A DNA stretch of 63,923 nucleotides, filler included, from Folioceros fuciformis (taxonomy: Eukaryota), in the NCBI GenBank assembly GCA_049999805.1. It is 18 parts of 18 records of this genome, joined end to end, with 100 filler letters (N's around TTAATTAATTAA, not from the genome) between each part and the next. Parts side by side here need not be neighbours in the genome. Positions count along the whole stretch, not along the records: positions 7,922 to 14,106 come from JBNGIO010002365.1; positions 14,207 to 18,294 come from JBNGIO010002366.1; positions 18,395 to 24,192 come from JBNGIO010002368.1; 15 more parts are not named here. One strand, given 5' to 3'. Shown one piece after another: positions 11,255 through 22,201 of the stretch (position 1 is the first letter of the stretch; the number at the start of each line of letters is the position of its first letter). The notes under the pieces were generated by a model. That model saw only the letters and a list, made by a program, of their open reading frames with translations. It ran no database searches and was not told the origin of the DNA. Position numbers and translations under genes: made by a program.

Positions 11255-11967
11255 AGTATGAGAAGAAGGTGGACGCCGACGACAATAATGCAGACGCTGT
11301 CGAGAAGAAACTCGAGGTCGTCCAGAAGAAAGTGGTGGAGGACGATGAGGAGGAAGACGACGAGTGGATCGATGATGGGGATGACCTCATGGCCCGGTTG
11401 AGAAGGAAAGAGAAGCAGGCCGTGAAAGAGAAGACAGCGGATAAGGGTGGATCTGTGAACCATACTTTGGACCCGGACCATAAGTCGGATTTGGAGGAGG
11501 CGGTGGATGCTTTGGAAAATGAGGTGAGGGACCTCAGAAAACGGCAGAAAGAAAAGGAGAGGGAAGAGAAGATAGCGAGAGGAGAGATTGATCCAGAAGA
11601 TGAGAATGAAAAGGCTGAAAAGGCAGCCAAGGCAGCGGCTCCAATAGTGAGGACCCGGGGGAAGGCCGATGGTTATATGAGGAGGTACCCTCGCCACAGC
11701 AGGCAAGCGATGTTGGACGATGAAGGAGGAGACGGGGACTACAACCCAGCTGCATACCACAGTGAGAAATTGGCCATTGCATATGCGCTCATGAAATCGC
11801 CTGAGGGCCACACTATCCGCATTGTGAAGAACCTGAGGGTATGTATAGATTGCCATGAGTTCACCAAGGCTGTAACTCTGGTTACGGGAAGGGAGATCAT
11901 CGCCAGGGACAACACACGTTTCCATCATTTCAAGGACGGCAAGTGCTCCTGCAACGACTATTGGTAG
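10229..11967 (+). CDS. PDF-motif (OSB-like ssDNA-binding) plus DYW deaminase fusion protein; exons 10229-10529, 10633-10683, 10758-10831, 10939-11967; about 484 aa
   Basis: Three GT-AG introns (phases 1,1,0) keep the frame. The exon 3/4 junction gives [47 protein letters not shown] (OSB PDF motif). C-terminus HSEKLAIAY...[10 protein letters not shown]...[23 protein letters not shown]. Alternative ATG at 10298. N-terminus looks like a targeting peptide (inference). Confidence 0.85.
11219..11252 (+). repeat. A34 homopolymer inside exon 4 (poly-Lys)
   Basis: 34 consecutive A; the reading frame is preserved as assembled. Confidence 0.9.
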
Positions 11968-13898
11968 CCTACCCATGCTGGCTCGGAATGGGTGCTTCCC
12001 ACTCGTGATTGGGCCCCTCTGACACACAAAACAGGGCGTTCCTGGTATGACCTTAGCTTTTTCTTGTTGTTTGAGGAGGAAATCTCAGCTTTAGCTTTGA
12101 GTCTCAGTTTAAACCTAACTATAGAACTGCAGTATCGATGGGGAACACGATGTCAGCAGGAGTGGTTTGGTAAACTTCTTGCTGGTAAATGACATCCATA
12201 TGTTGCCTTGCCTACCGCGTGGGATGCACTGAATGTTCAGTTCATTTTCGAAGGAACACGGGCGGGAAGCCACACGGTCGATCCAAGTCGCGTCGTGTTT
12301 GTGCTGTACTTATAACTGATAATAATCAATTGGCAGGACGACATAATGTAGTAAACTATCTGGCCTCACGCCCCGAACCGAAAAAAGAAATTTTTGCATG
12401 TCCGGCCCATCCCGCGTGCATTTGTTCGTCCATTTCTACAGCAACAGGAAGCTCCCAGGAGACCCAAGCAGGTTACACGACTGGGCTCTTACTCTCAGTA
12501 TTCAAAGATTCTCTTGTGTAGGTTATGTCCTGAGGGTAGATTGTGAGTAGTAGACAATTCAGGAGAAACTTGTTCCGTCGCTGGAAGATTCATGTTCCCC
12601 TTTTTCTGAACATTGCGAACCCCCGTGGGACCTTTCGGCTTCTGCGTCGTCTAGACGTACCTTTCCTCGAATTGCAACGAGCCATGAGTTGGAAAGCAAA
12701 AGGAGCAACTCCCAGTAAAGAGCCCAGTCCAGCTGCAATAAACACGGACCAGTCCATCGCGACAAATGAAATGCCGCATACAGGCTGGCAAGTGCGTTCT
12801 GGGCGCATCATGCAGGTGGACTGAAGACCGGTTGGGAGCAGATACACACCCAATGGGGACGAGGCACGCTTGAATGAGCTAGAACATACAATGAATCTGA
12901 GCCGATGCGTGACGGCCAGTCCGTGAGGTCTGCCGCACACTGGACTGACAGACTGACTCGAATTGCGCGTTATCCGTACTCAAATCGCGACCCGTTTGTT
13001 TCACTTGTGCGACAACATATTAAAATCACTGACTTCGACCTCGGCTATGACTTATGGTACATTGCACAGGGTACAGCCCTGGATATTCCCTAAAATACAA
13101 CACTAGAATACAGACTCAAAGGCGGCTGCACTTCCTTCCTACTCCCCTAACTCCCAAGGGATCTTTGAAGCCCGCACAGAAAAACCCCTACTACCCTCGT
13201 ACTTCTGCCTTGTTTGCTATATGTTATCAATCCGAAACTGGATTCCTCGACTCTCCAGCCAATGATCGGCATGAAAGATACATGTTGTCACTTCTGCTGG
13301 TGAGCAATCTATGCGTGGAAGTCAGGGGAAGGAAGTATCAAGAGCCATCAGGTAGGGAACACTTCCACGACAATTTCCCTGCAGACCAGGGATGGATTCG
13401 GTTTAGGATCCGAGATGCAGGAACCCATGATCCTTGACCTTCGTGTTCGGAGATGACTCACTGTCACAGCGGCACATCTTGCCTCAGCCGGGTCCTGCCC
13501 TTGGTAGAACCTTGTTTGAGCAACCGGATCTGTATCCGGCTTTGTGTCAGAGTGTCCAGGACAAAAATCACTCCTTGTCTGTGGCGCCACGAGGTCTTCG
13601 CTCCCTCCTTGCAAGGATGGTCTTTTACTCCCTGCATGCCTGCATCCTGCCATGCGGACTCCGGTTCCATGCTCCCCTGCCTCTCCATTGCCCAGCAAAC
13701 TTCACGCGGACTCCCCCCCTGGAGCACTGCCAGACCGTCACAGAGCAAATATCTCGAGTCCGAGCACAGCTCCACAGAGAAATCCCCAGGCAGACGCAGC
13801 GTAGACGAGGATTATGTCGAGGCCATGGTACATGTATCGGATATGGGTTCAGACACCTCGTCCCCCAGATGAGGAGCCCCAAACCCTTCCAGTCTGCG

Positions 13899-14106
13899 CT
13901 ATCTGTAGTCAAGGTTGGCGAGCTCCTTCTTCAACTTCCTGCTGAAAGGCTGGCAGGCATCCACACTCAAATCCACCGCAGCAGCTAAGGCCATGAACAC
14001 GGCCGCATCCTCCACAGACGAGGCATGCTGCATCGCCAGCTGCACCACCGGCTTGCTCCTCTTCCTCTGCGCCTCCCCCTTCACGCTGCAGCTCATGACG
14101 AAGCCC
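13899..14106 (-). CDS. DUF1005-family protein, C-terminal part (5' part beyond contig edge)
   Basis: GFVMSCSVKGE...SKPVVQLAMQH...EDAAVFMALAAAVDLSVDACQPFSRKLKKEL matches the plant DUF1005 C-terminus. Confidence 0.85.
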
Positions 14107-14206
14107 NNNNNNNNNNNNNNNNNNNNNNNNNNNNNNNNNNNNNNNNNNNNTTAATTAATTAANNNNNNNNNNNNNNNNNNNNNNNNNNNNNNNNNNNNNN
14201 NNNNNN

Positions 14207-16211
14207 GGGTTGTTCTTCAGTCTCCTTCAAGTAGCTCTCCTAACTTCACTGAGTTGCCTGAACCTGCTGATGTTGAAGATGCTGAGCTTGAGCAGCTGGA
14301 GGAGTCTCACTTTCCAGTTTTTTATGCCTCTTTTCCTGCTGAGTTAGATTTACCTCCAGTCCCTCAGCCTGTACCTCTTGTAGCACCTCCTGTGCCTGCT
14401 GATACTCCACTTCTCCCCTATCAGCTTCAGGGTTAGTTGATCCCGCTCAGGATGACCCCCCAACAACATCTGATTCAGATACTGACAATGCTCCTTATCG
14501 TGACGTTTCTATCTTACCTGAGCCTAAACCAAACCATGTGCTATTTCCCCCTCTGCGTAGATCAGCCAGAGTTCATCGGCCTCCATCTCAGTGGGTTGAA
14601 CCGCCCTACAGCAGTGAGGACTTTAGGCATCATGCTATCCATCTTTCTGTTCACCCTGATCATGAGCCACAAACATACAAGGAAGCGCTTAGTGGTCCTA
14701 CAGCTAAGCAGTGGGAGGCTGCGATTCTGTTTGAGTACGACTCTCTTCTTCAAAATCACACCTGGGAAGTTTGCCCTCCGCCTCAGGGGAGGAAGATCGT
14801 CACCTCAAAGTGGGTCTTCAAGCTGAAGTATAAGGCTGATGGCAGTATTTCCCGGTACAAAGCACGTCTTGTGGCTCGGGGCTTTTCCCAAGTGGTTGGA
14901 TTAGATTATCATGACGCTTTCTCCCCAGTAGTCAAGGCTCAGTCACTTCGAGTCCTCTTTGCCCTGTTTGCACATTTTAAGCTGTATATACACCAAATGG
15001 ATGTAAAGATTGCCTTCCTTCATGGTCAGTTGGAAGAGGAAATCTTTATGCAGCAGCCGGAAGGGTACGGACTGAAAGGAAAGGAGGGTTGGGTTTGCAA
15101 ACTACCCAAGACAATTTACGGACTGAAACAGAGTCCACGGGCTTCGTACTTTTGCATAAATGAGTTCTTGCTTGAGCTTGGTTTCCAGAAGAGCTCAGCT
15201 GACACCAACGTATATCTCCTACAACATGAAAGAGGTTATGTTATTTTGGCACTGTATGTAGACAACTGCATTCTTATGGGCACAGACCTAGCAGGAATTA
15301 AAAAGGTAAAAGCTCTCTTATCTGGTCGTTTTGACATGGTGGACATAGGTAAACTCTCTTATTGCCTTGGCACCCAACTTCTGCGAGACAGTGAGTCAAG
15401 AACATTAGCCATTCATTAGGAAAAATACATCTAAGACATGTTGTTTGAGTATAAGCTTACAGAAGCGAAGCCAGCACTTACCCCTTTAGAAGCAGGTTGC
15501 AAGCTAAGTGAGTTGAAGTCCCCTCAATCATATAGTGAACGTGAGGAGATGTCTCAAGTACCCTACCCTCAGGTAGTAGGCTCTCTGATTTTCTGCTGAA
15601 ACCATACTAGGCCAGATGTGGCATTTGCCGTCAGTTCACTGTCTCGGTACCTTAAGGACCCTGGTCGTCCTTATTGGTCAGCTGCAAAGCGCATTCTAAG
15701 ATATCTTAAAGGCACTAGTAGTCATGGGATTACGTATATGAGTCAGAAGACTGAGGGAGACACACTTACCCTGGTAGGCTATTGTGACGCTGACTGGGTA
15801 GCGGATTCTGAGACTAGAAAGTCTGTGTCAGCCTATTCTTTTATGCTAGCCGGTGGAGCAGTTACGTGGTCCTCAAAGAAGCAAGCAACTGTATCACTCT
15901 CCTCGACAGAGGCAGAGTACTTGGCGCTAACACAGGCGGCCAAGGAGGCCATATGGCTCATAAGACTTTTAGCAGACTTTACAGACTCTACAGTTATTCA
16001 TTGCAACAATCAATCTGCCATGGCCCTTGCACAAAATCTGGTATTCCACGCAAGAACGAAACATATTGAGGTGCAGCACCATTTTGTTAGAGGTGTTGTA
16101 AGCTCAGGGCAGATCAAAGTGGAATATATATCAACAGATGCAAATGCAACAGACATTCTTACTAAATCTCTTCCTAGGGTTAAGCATTATCAATTCAAGG
16201 AGGCTTTATGA
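14207..16211 (+). mobile_element. Copia pol remnant (RT plus RNase H), degenerate
   Basis: YKARLVARGFSQ, QMDVKIAF, LYVDN, YCDADW, SSTEAEY, RTKHIE, with stops near 15417-15433. Confidence 0.92.
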
Positions 16212-16854
16212 GTGCTAGAGCCGAAGGATGCCTTAACCTCATCTAAAAGTGGCTAAAGTCTACACAATCTGTGAGGGAGCCAGTTACATCTATAAAGGAA
16301 AAAAAAACGAAGAAGCTTATATAGCCTTGTCACTAAGTTTAAGAAGGTTTACTTTCCTCATCAGAAGTTGACTGATTCAGGAACTTCTTTGTCTCTCTGT
16401 ATGTGCCTCCCTCCCTATTGGATGACCGGTATTTATTCATTCCGGCTTCCTTCTATACATTGTCCCTGAACACCAAAAAGGATATCACATAGGCTGTTAG
16501 GGTTCAGAGTATCTACAGAATATCTTCTAACCACACTAATAGTGGGCGATAGATAGAAAGTGCAGAGTCAGAACCCTTACCGTAGAACGAGATGTGCCCT
16601 AGTGGAGGAGCAGATGTAGTTTACATGTATGAGATAGCCGCCAGCTCCGTTCCTGTATGAAACCAGACGTTTTCCCCTTCTTCAGGTTTCTTGTCGGCAG
16701 CACAACCCAGTCAAGAACAAAACTCACTGGAATGACAGCTCTCCCTTCTTCGTCTTACCAGTGCCAGTCACTGATTTCAGCTTGCCATAGGTGTTACCTG
16801 GAGAGGAGAGCTGAGTTTGTTTATGCACTTACTAGGATGCATTATGTGCACCCT

Positions 16855-16866
16855 GCTTTGATACCA
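16855..16866 (-). promoter_or_regulatory. iMet PBS-like motif, inverted relative to the upstream pol
   Basis: Minus strand TGGTATCAAAGC (11/12 match to TGGTATCAGAGC), adjoining an AT-rich LTR-like tract at 16867 to about 17090. Confidence 0.55.
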
Positions 16867-17559
16867 TAACAAATAAACTTGTCTATATTAAGAATTAAAT
16901 TGTTGGATTACATTGTGTGTGTCAAGAAGAGCTTAAGACATGTTGAAAAGACACTATGGCTATAGCTTAAACGACATAACTGTTCGTTATAGGTCATAAC
17001 CCTAACGAATGGGTATCTAATAATTATTTATTCCAAGTACCCGTATAAGCCACTATATATGTGCCTTTAATTGGCTAGATATTATCAACACTATCTCTTA
17101 ATAGAGTCAACGTCCACAACATCTTTGAAGATCAAGCATCCTTCAAAGTCTCAGGATAGTTTAAGAGGTGGTAGATACTTGTGGTGGTAGGGTCAGCAGG
17201 TTGTAGGGCCAGCTCATTGGTGGCAGGATGTGCTAGGAAAGTCTAAATAAGTGGCTGGTGACAACCGGCTAGGCTAGTGGTCCGATTAAAATGATATTTG
17301 TCAAGATAGAGAGAGGTGAAGTCAGAGAGAGAGAGGCTCCTATAAGATCAGGTGAGCCTGTAGGAGGCAGGTTGTCACTTTGTGAGCTCTCTCAAGCTGT
17401 CCCTGCTTGGATTTAGCAGTGTGTGTGCCGGCTGAGCATGTGTGCAGTGTCTGGTAAAGCTTTGAGAAGTGGTGGCTAGGGTTAAGGGTGGGGTCCCTAT
17501 TAATTATTGATCATGCTCTCCGTGTCGTGTCCCCATGATCTGTCATTTTTGTTTCCTTG

Positions 17560-17951
17560 CAGGGCTGGAGTGAGTGCCGACCATGCTTGCATGGTGTCTG
17601 GTAGGATCGTGGGTGGCAGCATGCTCTTCTTTGGGGTTAGTCTAGTGACTCTTGCCGGGTAGGGGGAGTCCATAGGGAAGCGTAGAAGGTAGTGGTGTCG
17701 TGTTGCTGGTGCTAGTGCTGGAGTGAGTGAGTCAGTGAGTGAGGTGGAGTGAGTGAGCGAGTGAGTGAGGTGGAGTGAGTGAGGTGGCGTGAGTGAGGTG
17801 GGGTGGGGTGAGGTGCGGTGAGGTGAGGTGAGATGAGATGACGTGATGTGACGTGAAGTGAGGTGACGTGAAGTGAGGTGAGGTGACGTAAGGTGAGGTG
17901 AGGTGAAGTGAGGGAAGTCACAGATTTGAGAAGTTAGGGTCGTTGTAGTGA
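17560..17951 (+). repeat. Internal part of LTR family C with expanded GAGT/GTGAG low-complexity tract (about 17720-17910)
   Basis: Shares GGGGTTAGTCTAGTGACTCTTGCCGGGTAG...GTCGTTGTAGTGA with 41830-42001 and 57371-57530. Confidence 0.75.
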
Positions 17952-18410
17952 ACCAAGCCTGAAATCGGCAGCTTATTCAGCAGAATCGGGTTCCAGCCGA
18001 AATGGTTCCTCGGCCATGGAAAACTGACCCTGGGGTGCTAGGAGAGGCCCTGGACTGTAAGGAGAAGAAAGCAGGTGAAACAAAGTAGAGTTGGAATTTA
18101 TGGAATTAAATCCAGAAAATAGGGGAAAATAGAAAAAGAAAATTAGGAAAATAAAAAGAAAATAAATATGGGGATACATATACTATATATGTACCAATAC
18201 ATATTAAATATATATAAAAACTATATAAATACAAGGGGGTGTATGTATATGGACTGTATACGGTCCCTAAAACATTAGATTAGGGTAAGGGGAGNNNNNN
18301 NNNNNNNNNNNNNNNNNNNNNNNNNNNNNNNNNNNNNNTTAATTAATTAANNNNNNNNNNNNNNNNNNNNNNNNNNNNNNNNNNNNNNNNNNNNTGTTAA
18401 GCATGATTAA

Positions 18411-18800
18411 TGTTGAGATTAATTAGTGCTAATCCAGCTTATTGAGTTTGTGCTAATTTGTGGTAAGAGTGATTAAGGTTATGATTAATATATATATATA
18501 GCTTATTAAACTTTGCTATGTTGGGCAAAAGAAGTATTGTAGGGTTTGGTTGGGGTCATTTATCCCATATTGGGCACGAAATGAGAGTGCCACCCATAGG
18601 TCCATAAAAGAAGGGATGAACCCACTTAGAATATGCAGTCTAACTCCCTCTTCACTTGTATTGTGTTGTTTTTGTAATTCTCCTTTTTTTATTTGAGTTT
18701 AAGAGCCTTGTTATAGTGCTCTTAATTTTGGGACTCTGCATCTTGCTTTAACTAACTTGTTTTAACCTCCTTTGAGCATGGCGGGGGTGACATCTCAACA
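18411..18800 (+). repeat. LTR family E (copia)
   Basis: TGTTGAGAT...ATCTCAACA terminal inverted repeat. Its 3' part is the near reverse complement of 53982-54149. Confidence 0.7.
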
Positions 18801-20235
18801 GTAATCACCCATTACACGTGTAAGGCCTTCATCTTACACAAGGGGTCCACTAGCCCCAAGCCACCCAATCGCTGTTGTTGGATGACATGATTCCACGCCA
18901 CTCTATGAGGGGAATTTACCATCTTGATAGACTTGCCCCATAAGAAGTTAGCCATCACCTATTGTAGCCTCTTAATCTCTGACCTAGTAGAAGCCCATTA
19001 GAAGAGGTAGTACCACAAGGAAGTTGACAGAATATGGTTAGTCATGACCAGCCTTCCAGCCAAGTTCAGGTCAAGGAGCTTCAGACTTATAGCTTTCCGA
19101 ATAAACCTGAGGAAGTTCCAACCAATTTCTTCATTCTCCTCCACTTCTTGGAATGGCAGACCTAAGTGCTTATGGGGCGAGCCAACCTGAACCCTAGTAA
19201 TGTGCTTGATACATTCGGGCACTTCCTCCTCCAAATTAATACACATCATTTGGGTTTTACTCCAATTCACTTTGCATCCAGAGAGCAACCCAAAAACCTA
19301 AACCTGCTAGAGAAGGGCCTGTAGAGATGCCTCCATAGCAGATGAAAAGAGGAGAGTGTCATCCGAAAATGCTGATATTTGCAGCTGAGACCCATCTGGG
19401 AGGTGCAAGCCTTTTATCTCTAGGTCTAGTTTCACTGCCCTTAAAAGAAAGCCAGTAACAATGACGAATAAAAAGAGTGCTAATAGATAACCTTAACAAA
19501 CGGAACGGGAAATATCAAACCTCTCCGTAAAAGCCCCATTGACTACAACTTTTGCGCCTACGTCTCCACATAAGAGGGCCACCCACCGACATAAGTTGTT
19601 CCTTAACCCAAAACTCCGAAGGCACCTCCACAAGAAAGACCATTCCACATAATCTTAAGCCTTGTAGAAGTCCAAGGAGACAAAGATAGTCAACTTACCT
19701 TCTATCAAGGCATGATCCTTGGCTTCCCGCAGGAGTAGGAGATTGTCTAGAATACATATGTTCTAAATGAAACTCCTTTGCTCCTCCTCTATCCATTCAT
19801 CTAAGAAAGGTTTGATCCTATTGGCGAGAACCTTAGCCACTACTTTGTACGTCATAATGAGCAAAGTAATCGAGCGCCAGTTGGAGATCAATAGGTGCTC
19901 CATACTTAGGTAGTAGAGAGATTACTCCTAGATTAAACCACTTGCCCATTGTACCTTCTTCCCACATCATACTCACTACCTCCATGAACAATGGTGCCAT
20001 AAAATCCTAGCCCCAGATGAGAAATTCTGAAGGGATGCCATCATGTCCTGGCAACTTATTCCTTAGCATGAACTTCAAGGCTTGTACAACCTCCTCTGAA
20101 GAGATAGGTTTATTGAGCAGCATGCGTTATGTCTCGGAAACCTTGGCAGGAAGTCGACCTAGGAGGCAGACCAAATCCGCTCCCACCCTATTGCTTTGCC
20201 TAAGCTGGAGAAGATTTCAACATAGAAGCATGTGA
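18801..20235 (-). mobile_element. Non-LTR retrotransposon (L1/Tx1-like) ORF2 RT remnant
   Basis: KLPGHDGIPSEF, WRSITLL..YKVVAKVLANR, FSDD, SGCKVNWSKT, KHLGLP, LNLAGRLV, with many stops. Confidence 0.85.
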
Positions 20236-20309
20236 TTAATTTCATTAGTGATGAAAGTGATTCCCGGATGACATCGTTGTAATCTAGAAGAGTGGGAACT
20301 CTTGATTTG

Positions 20310-21171
20310 TGTCTATGGCGAGGAGGGGCAAAGGTTGATTCGCCTTTGGGGGTGAAGTTTGCCTTGCCCTTCTCATTCTTCCTAGGCTTGAAGTGGGTGG
20401 ATAGTGCTCTGTCTGCCTCGGGCTTGGACCCTCCTCCAAAGTTAAGACGACTCTGCTCCTGCTGATACAGAGCGCCTACGATGTCCTCCACTATCAAGGT
20501 GGGAGTCGTGCCAAACTTACCGTGGGTAGATACCAACATCGGGCTGGTAACAAAGTTTTGGTAAGAGGCTGGTAAGCTCATCAACAGTTGTGCAGCGGCC
20601 TCGGTCTCCGACATGGTGGACCCAAGGGAGGTGAGCTGCCCTCGCAGCTATCTGAGCTTTGAGGTATCAGCGGAGATCGCATTTGTCTCCTTCATCCTTA
20701 AGGGGTTGAATTCTTGCCTTACACTATACAAGGTTAGAACGTTGCTAGCATTGTATGTGTTCGATAGCTGGTCCTAGATTGCAGAGGCCTTCGTGAGGAA
20801 CTCCACGCTGGGCACTAGACTCGAATCAAGTCCGCTAATGAGGAGAGCAATTGCAATCCCGTTCAAATAGTTCCATCTCTCAACAACAGCGACCGGCATG
20901 GGTGAAGTGGCAAAAGGGTCGGGCTTCAAAAGGGTGCATCGACGATCTTCCAAATGCCTCGCCCTATCAAGATGGACTTCATGCGCACGTGCCACTTTGG
21001 GAAGTGCTGGCCGTTGAACCAATCTTTTTCCTTGATATGATTGGTGTAAACGGGGCCTGTACCTGTGAAGGTGGACGAAGTGCTGCTCACCATAGCTGTT
21101 ACGGAGTCTAACGACAATGAGTTAAACTGTTGTATTAGGTGGTCCACAAAGGAATTGTAGGTTGTGGTCAT
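20310..21171 (-). mobile_element. Copia gag remnant, same lineage as element 1
   Basis: MTTT...KEKDWFNG...VRMKSIL, LPASYQNFV, IVGALYQQEQSRL, frameshifted. Confidence 0.85.
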
Positions 21172-22201
21172 AAACTCAGGTAGAGGGGTGTACAACACAC
21201 TGGTTCTTCCTTCAATGTTGTTGGACAAGAGTTACGAGGGGAACGCAGTTATTCAAGGATAGCCTGGCGTTAGTACCCTCCTGGTTCAACAAAGCAACCC
21301 CAAGGTGTTCAGGACCACTTAATGTCCAACTAGTCAGGAACTTGCAAGCTATCCAGCTCTGATTTTGATATACGAAAAAGGCAAAAAACTAGGTCCACCA
21401 AACACTAAGTTGTGTGCTTGAGCTGATCCCACAAGAGAAGTTTGAGCCGCAAAAGTCGAAGGTTCCGGTTGCAGGATGGGCGAAGCTGGCTCAATCTTCA
21501 CTTGCGCATATACTGGTGGAGGTACAAAACTCCCAGGGTCCAAATGTTGGTGTGAAACAGTGCCAGGGGGAACCAGTTCGGAACCGGTGCCCGAAAAAAA
21601 ACTGGATTCACACCGGTTAGGGCTGCTCGAACTAGTTCGGGTTTGAAACGCCGTGAAGCGGCAACTTAAGTTGTCGTTTCAGCTAGGGTGTCATTTTGCG
21701 AGTGCCTGACCACACGCATGCCCATTCTCGGGCGCACTTCCCTCCGCGCACCTTAGTGATGGCACACCGCGATTGTGCGTGGCGATGGTGCGCCCATGCG
21801 CCGGCGCCGTTGGAGGAGTCTAGGCGCAATTGCCCACCGATCCTGGTGCTTGAGGCTGGGGCGCCTACTCCTGCAGAAAAATTGCTCCAGATTCGCCCAA
21901 TATTTTATCGAAATTCGCTGCGAACTCGTGCCAAGGAATTTTTCAATCTGGCCCGAGATTGTCTTGTGGTCGTTTTTGCAGATGCCAATTGCAATCACAT
22001 GTAGGGCTCGGTGCCCAATTCAAAGTGGGAGCAAGCTCATGACGCCATTTTGTTACTCGCATCCTGCGACAGGGAATTTTGGCAGTCCAGGATTTGATGT
22101 GCTAGGTGATGTGATCATGGTTGCCGCAGGTGCTGAGGGCGATTGAAGCCAAAGTGAGGGGTGCGGAAAAACTAAGGTGTCAACAGCTCGACGTGGCTAG
22201 G

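Noticed and set aside
10939-11967. Ordinary PLS-PPR-DYW gene
   Set aside because: No 31-36-aa helical repeats, E domains or PG-box are visible upstream of DYW in any exon.
10942-12027. 361-aa and 182-aa minus-strand ORFs
   Set aside because: Shadow frames of the purine-rich DYW exon with low-complexity F/L/S content.
16330-16850. Spliced antisense gene after pol
   Set aside because: GT/AG-like sites exist, but every phase tested hits a stop.
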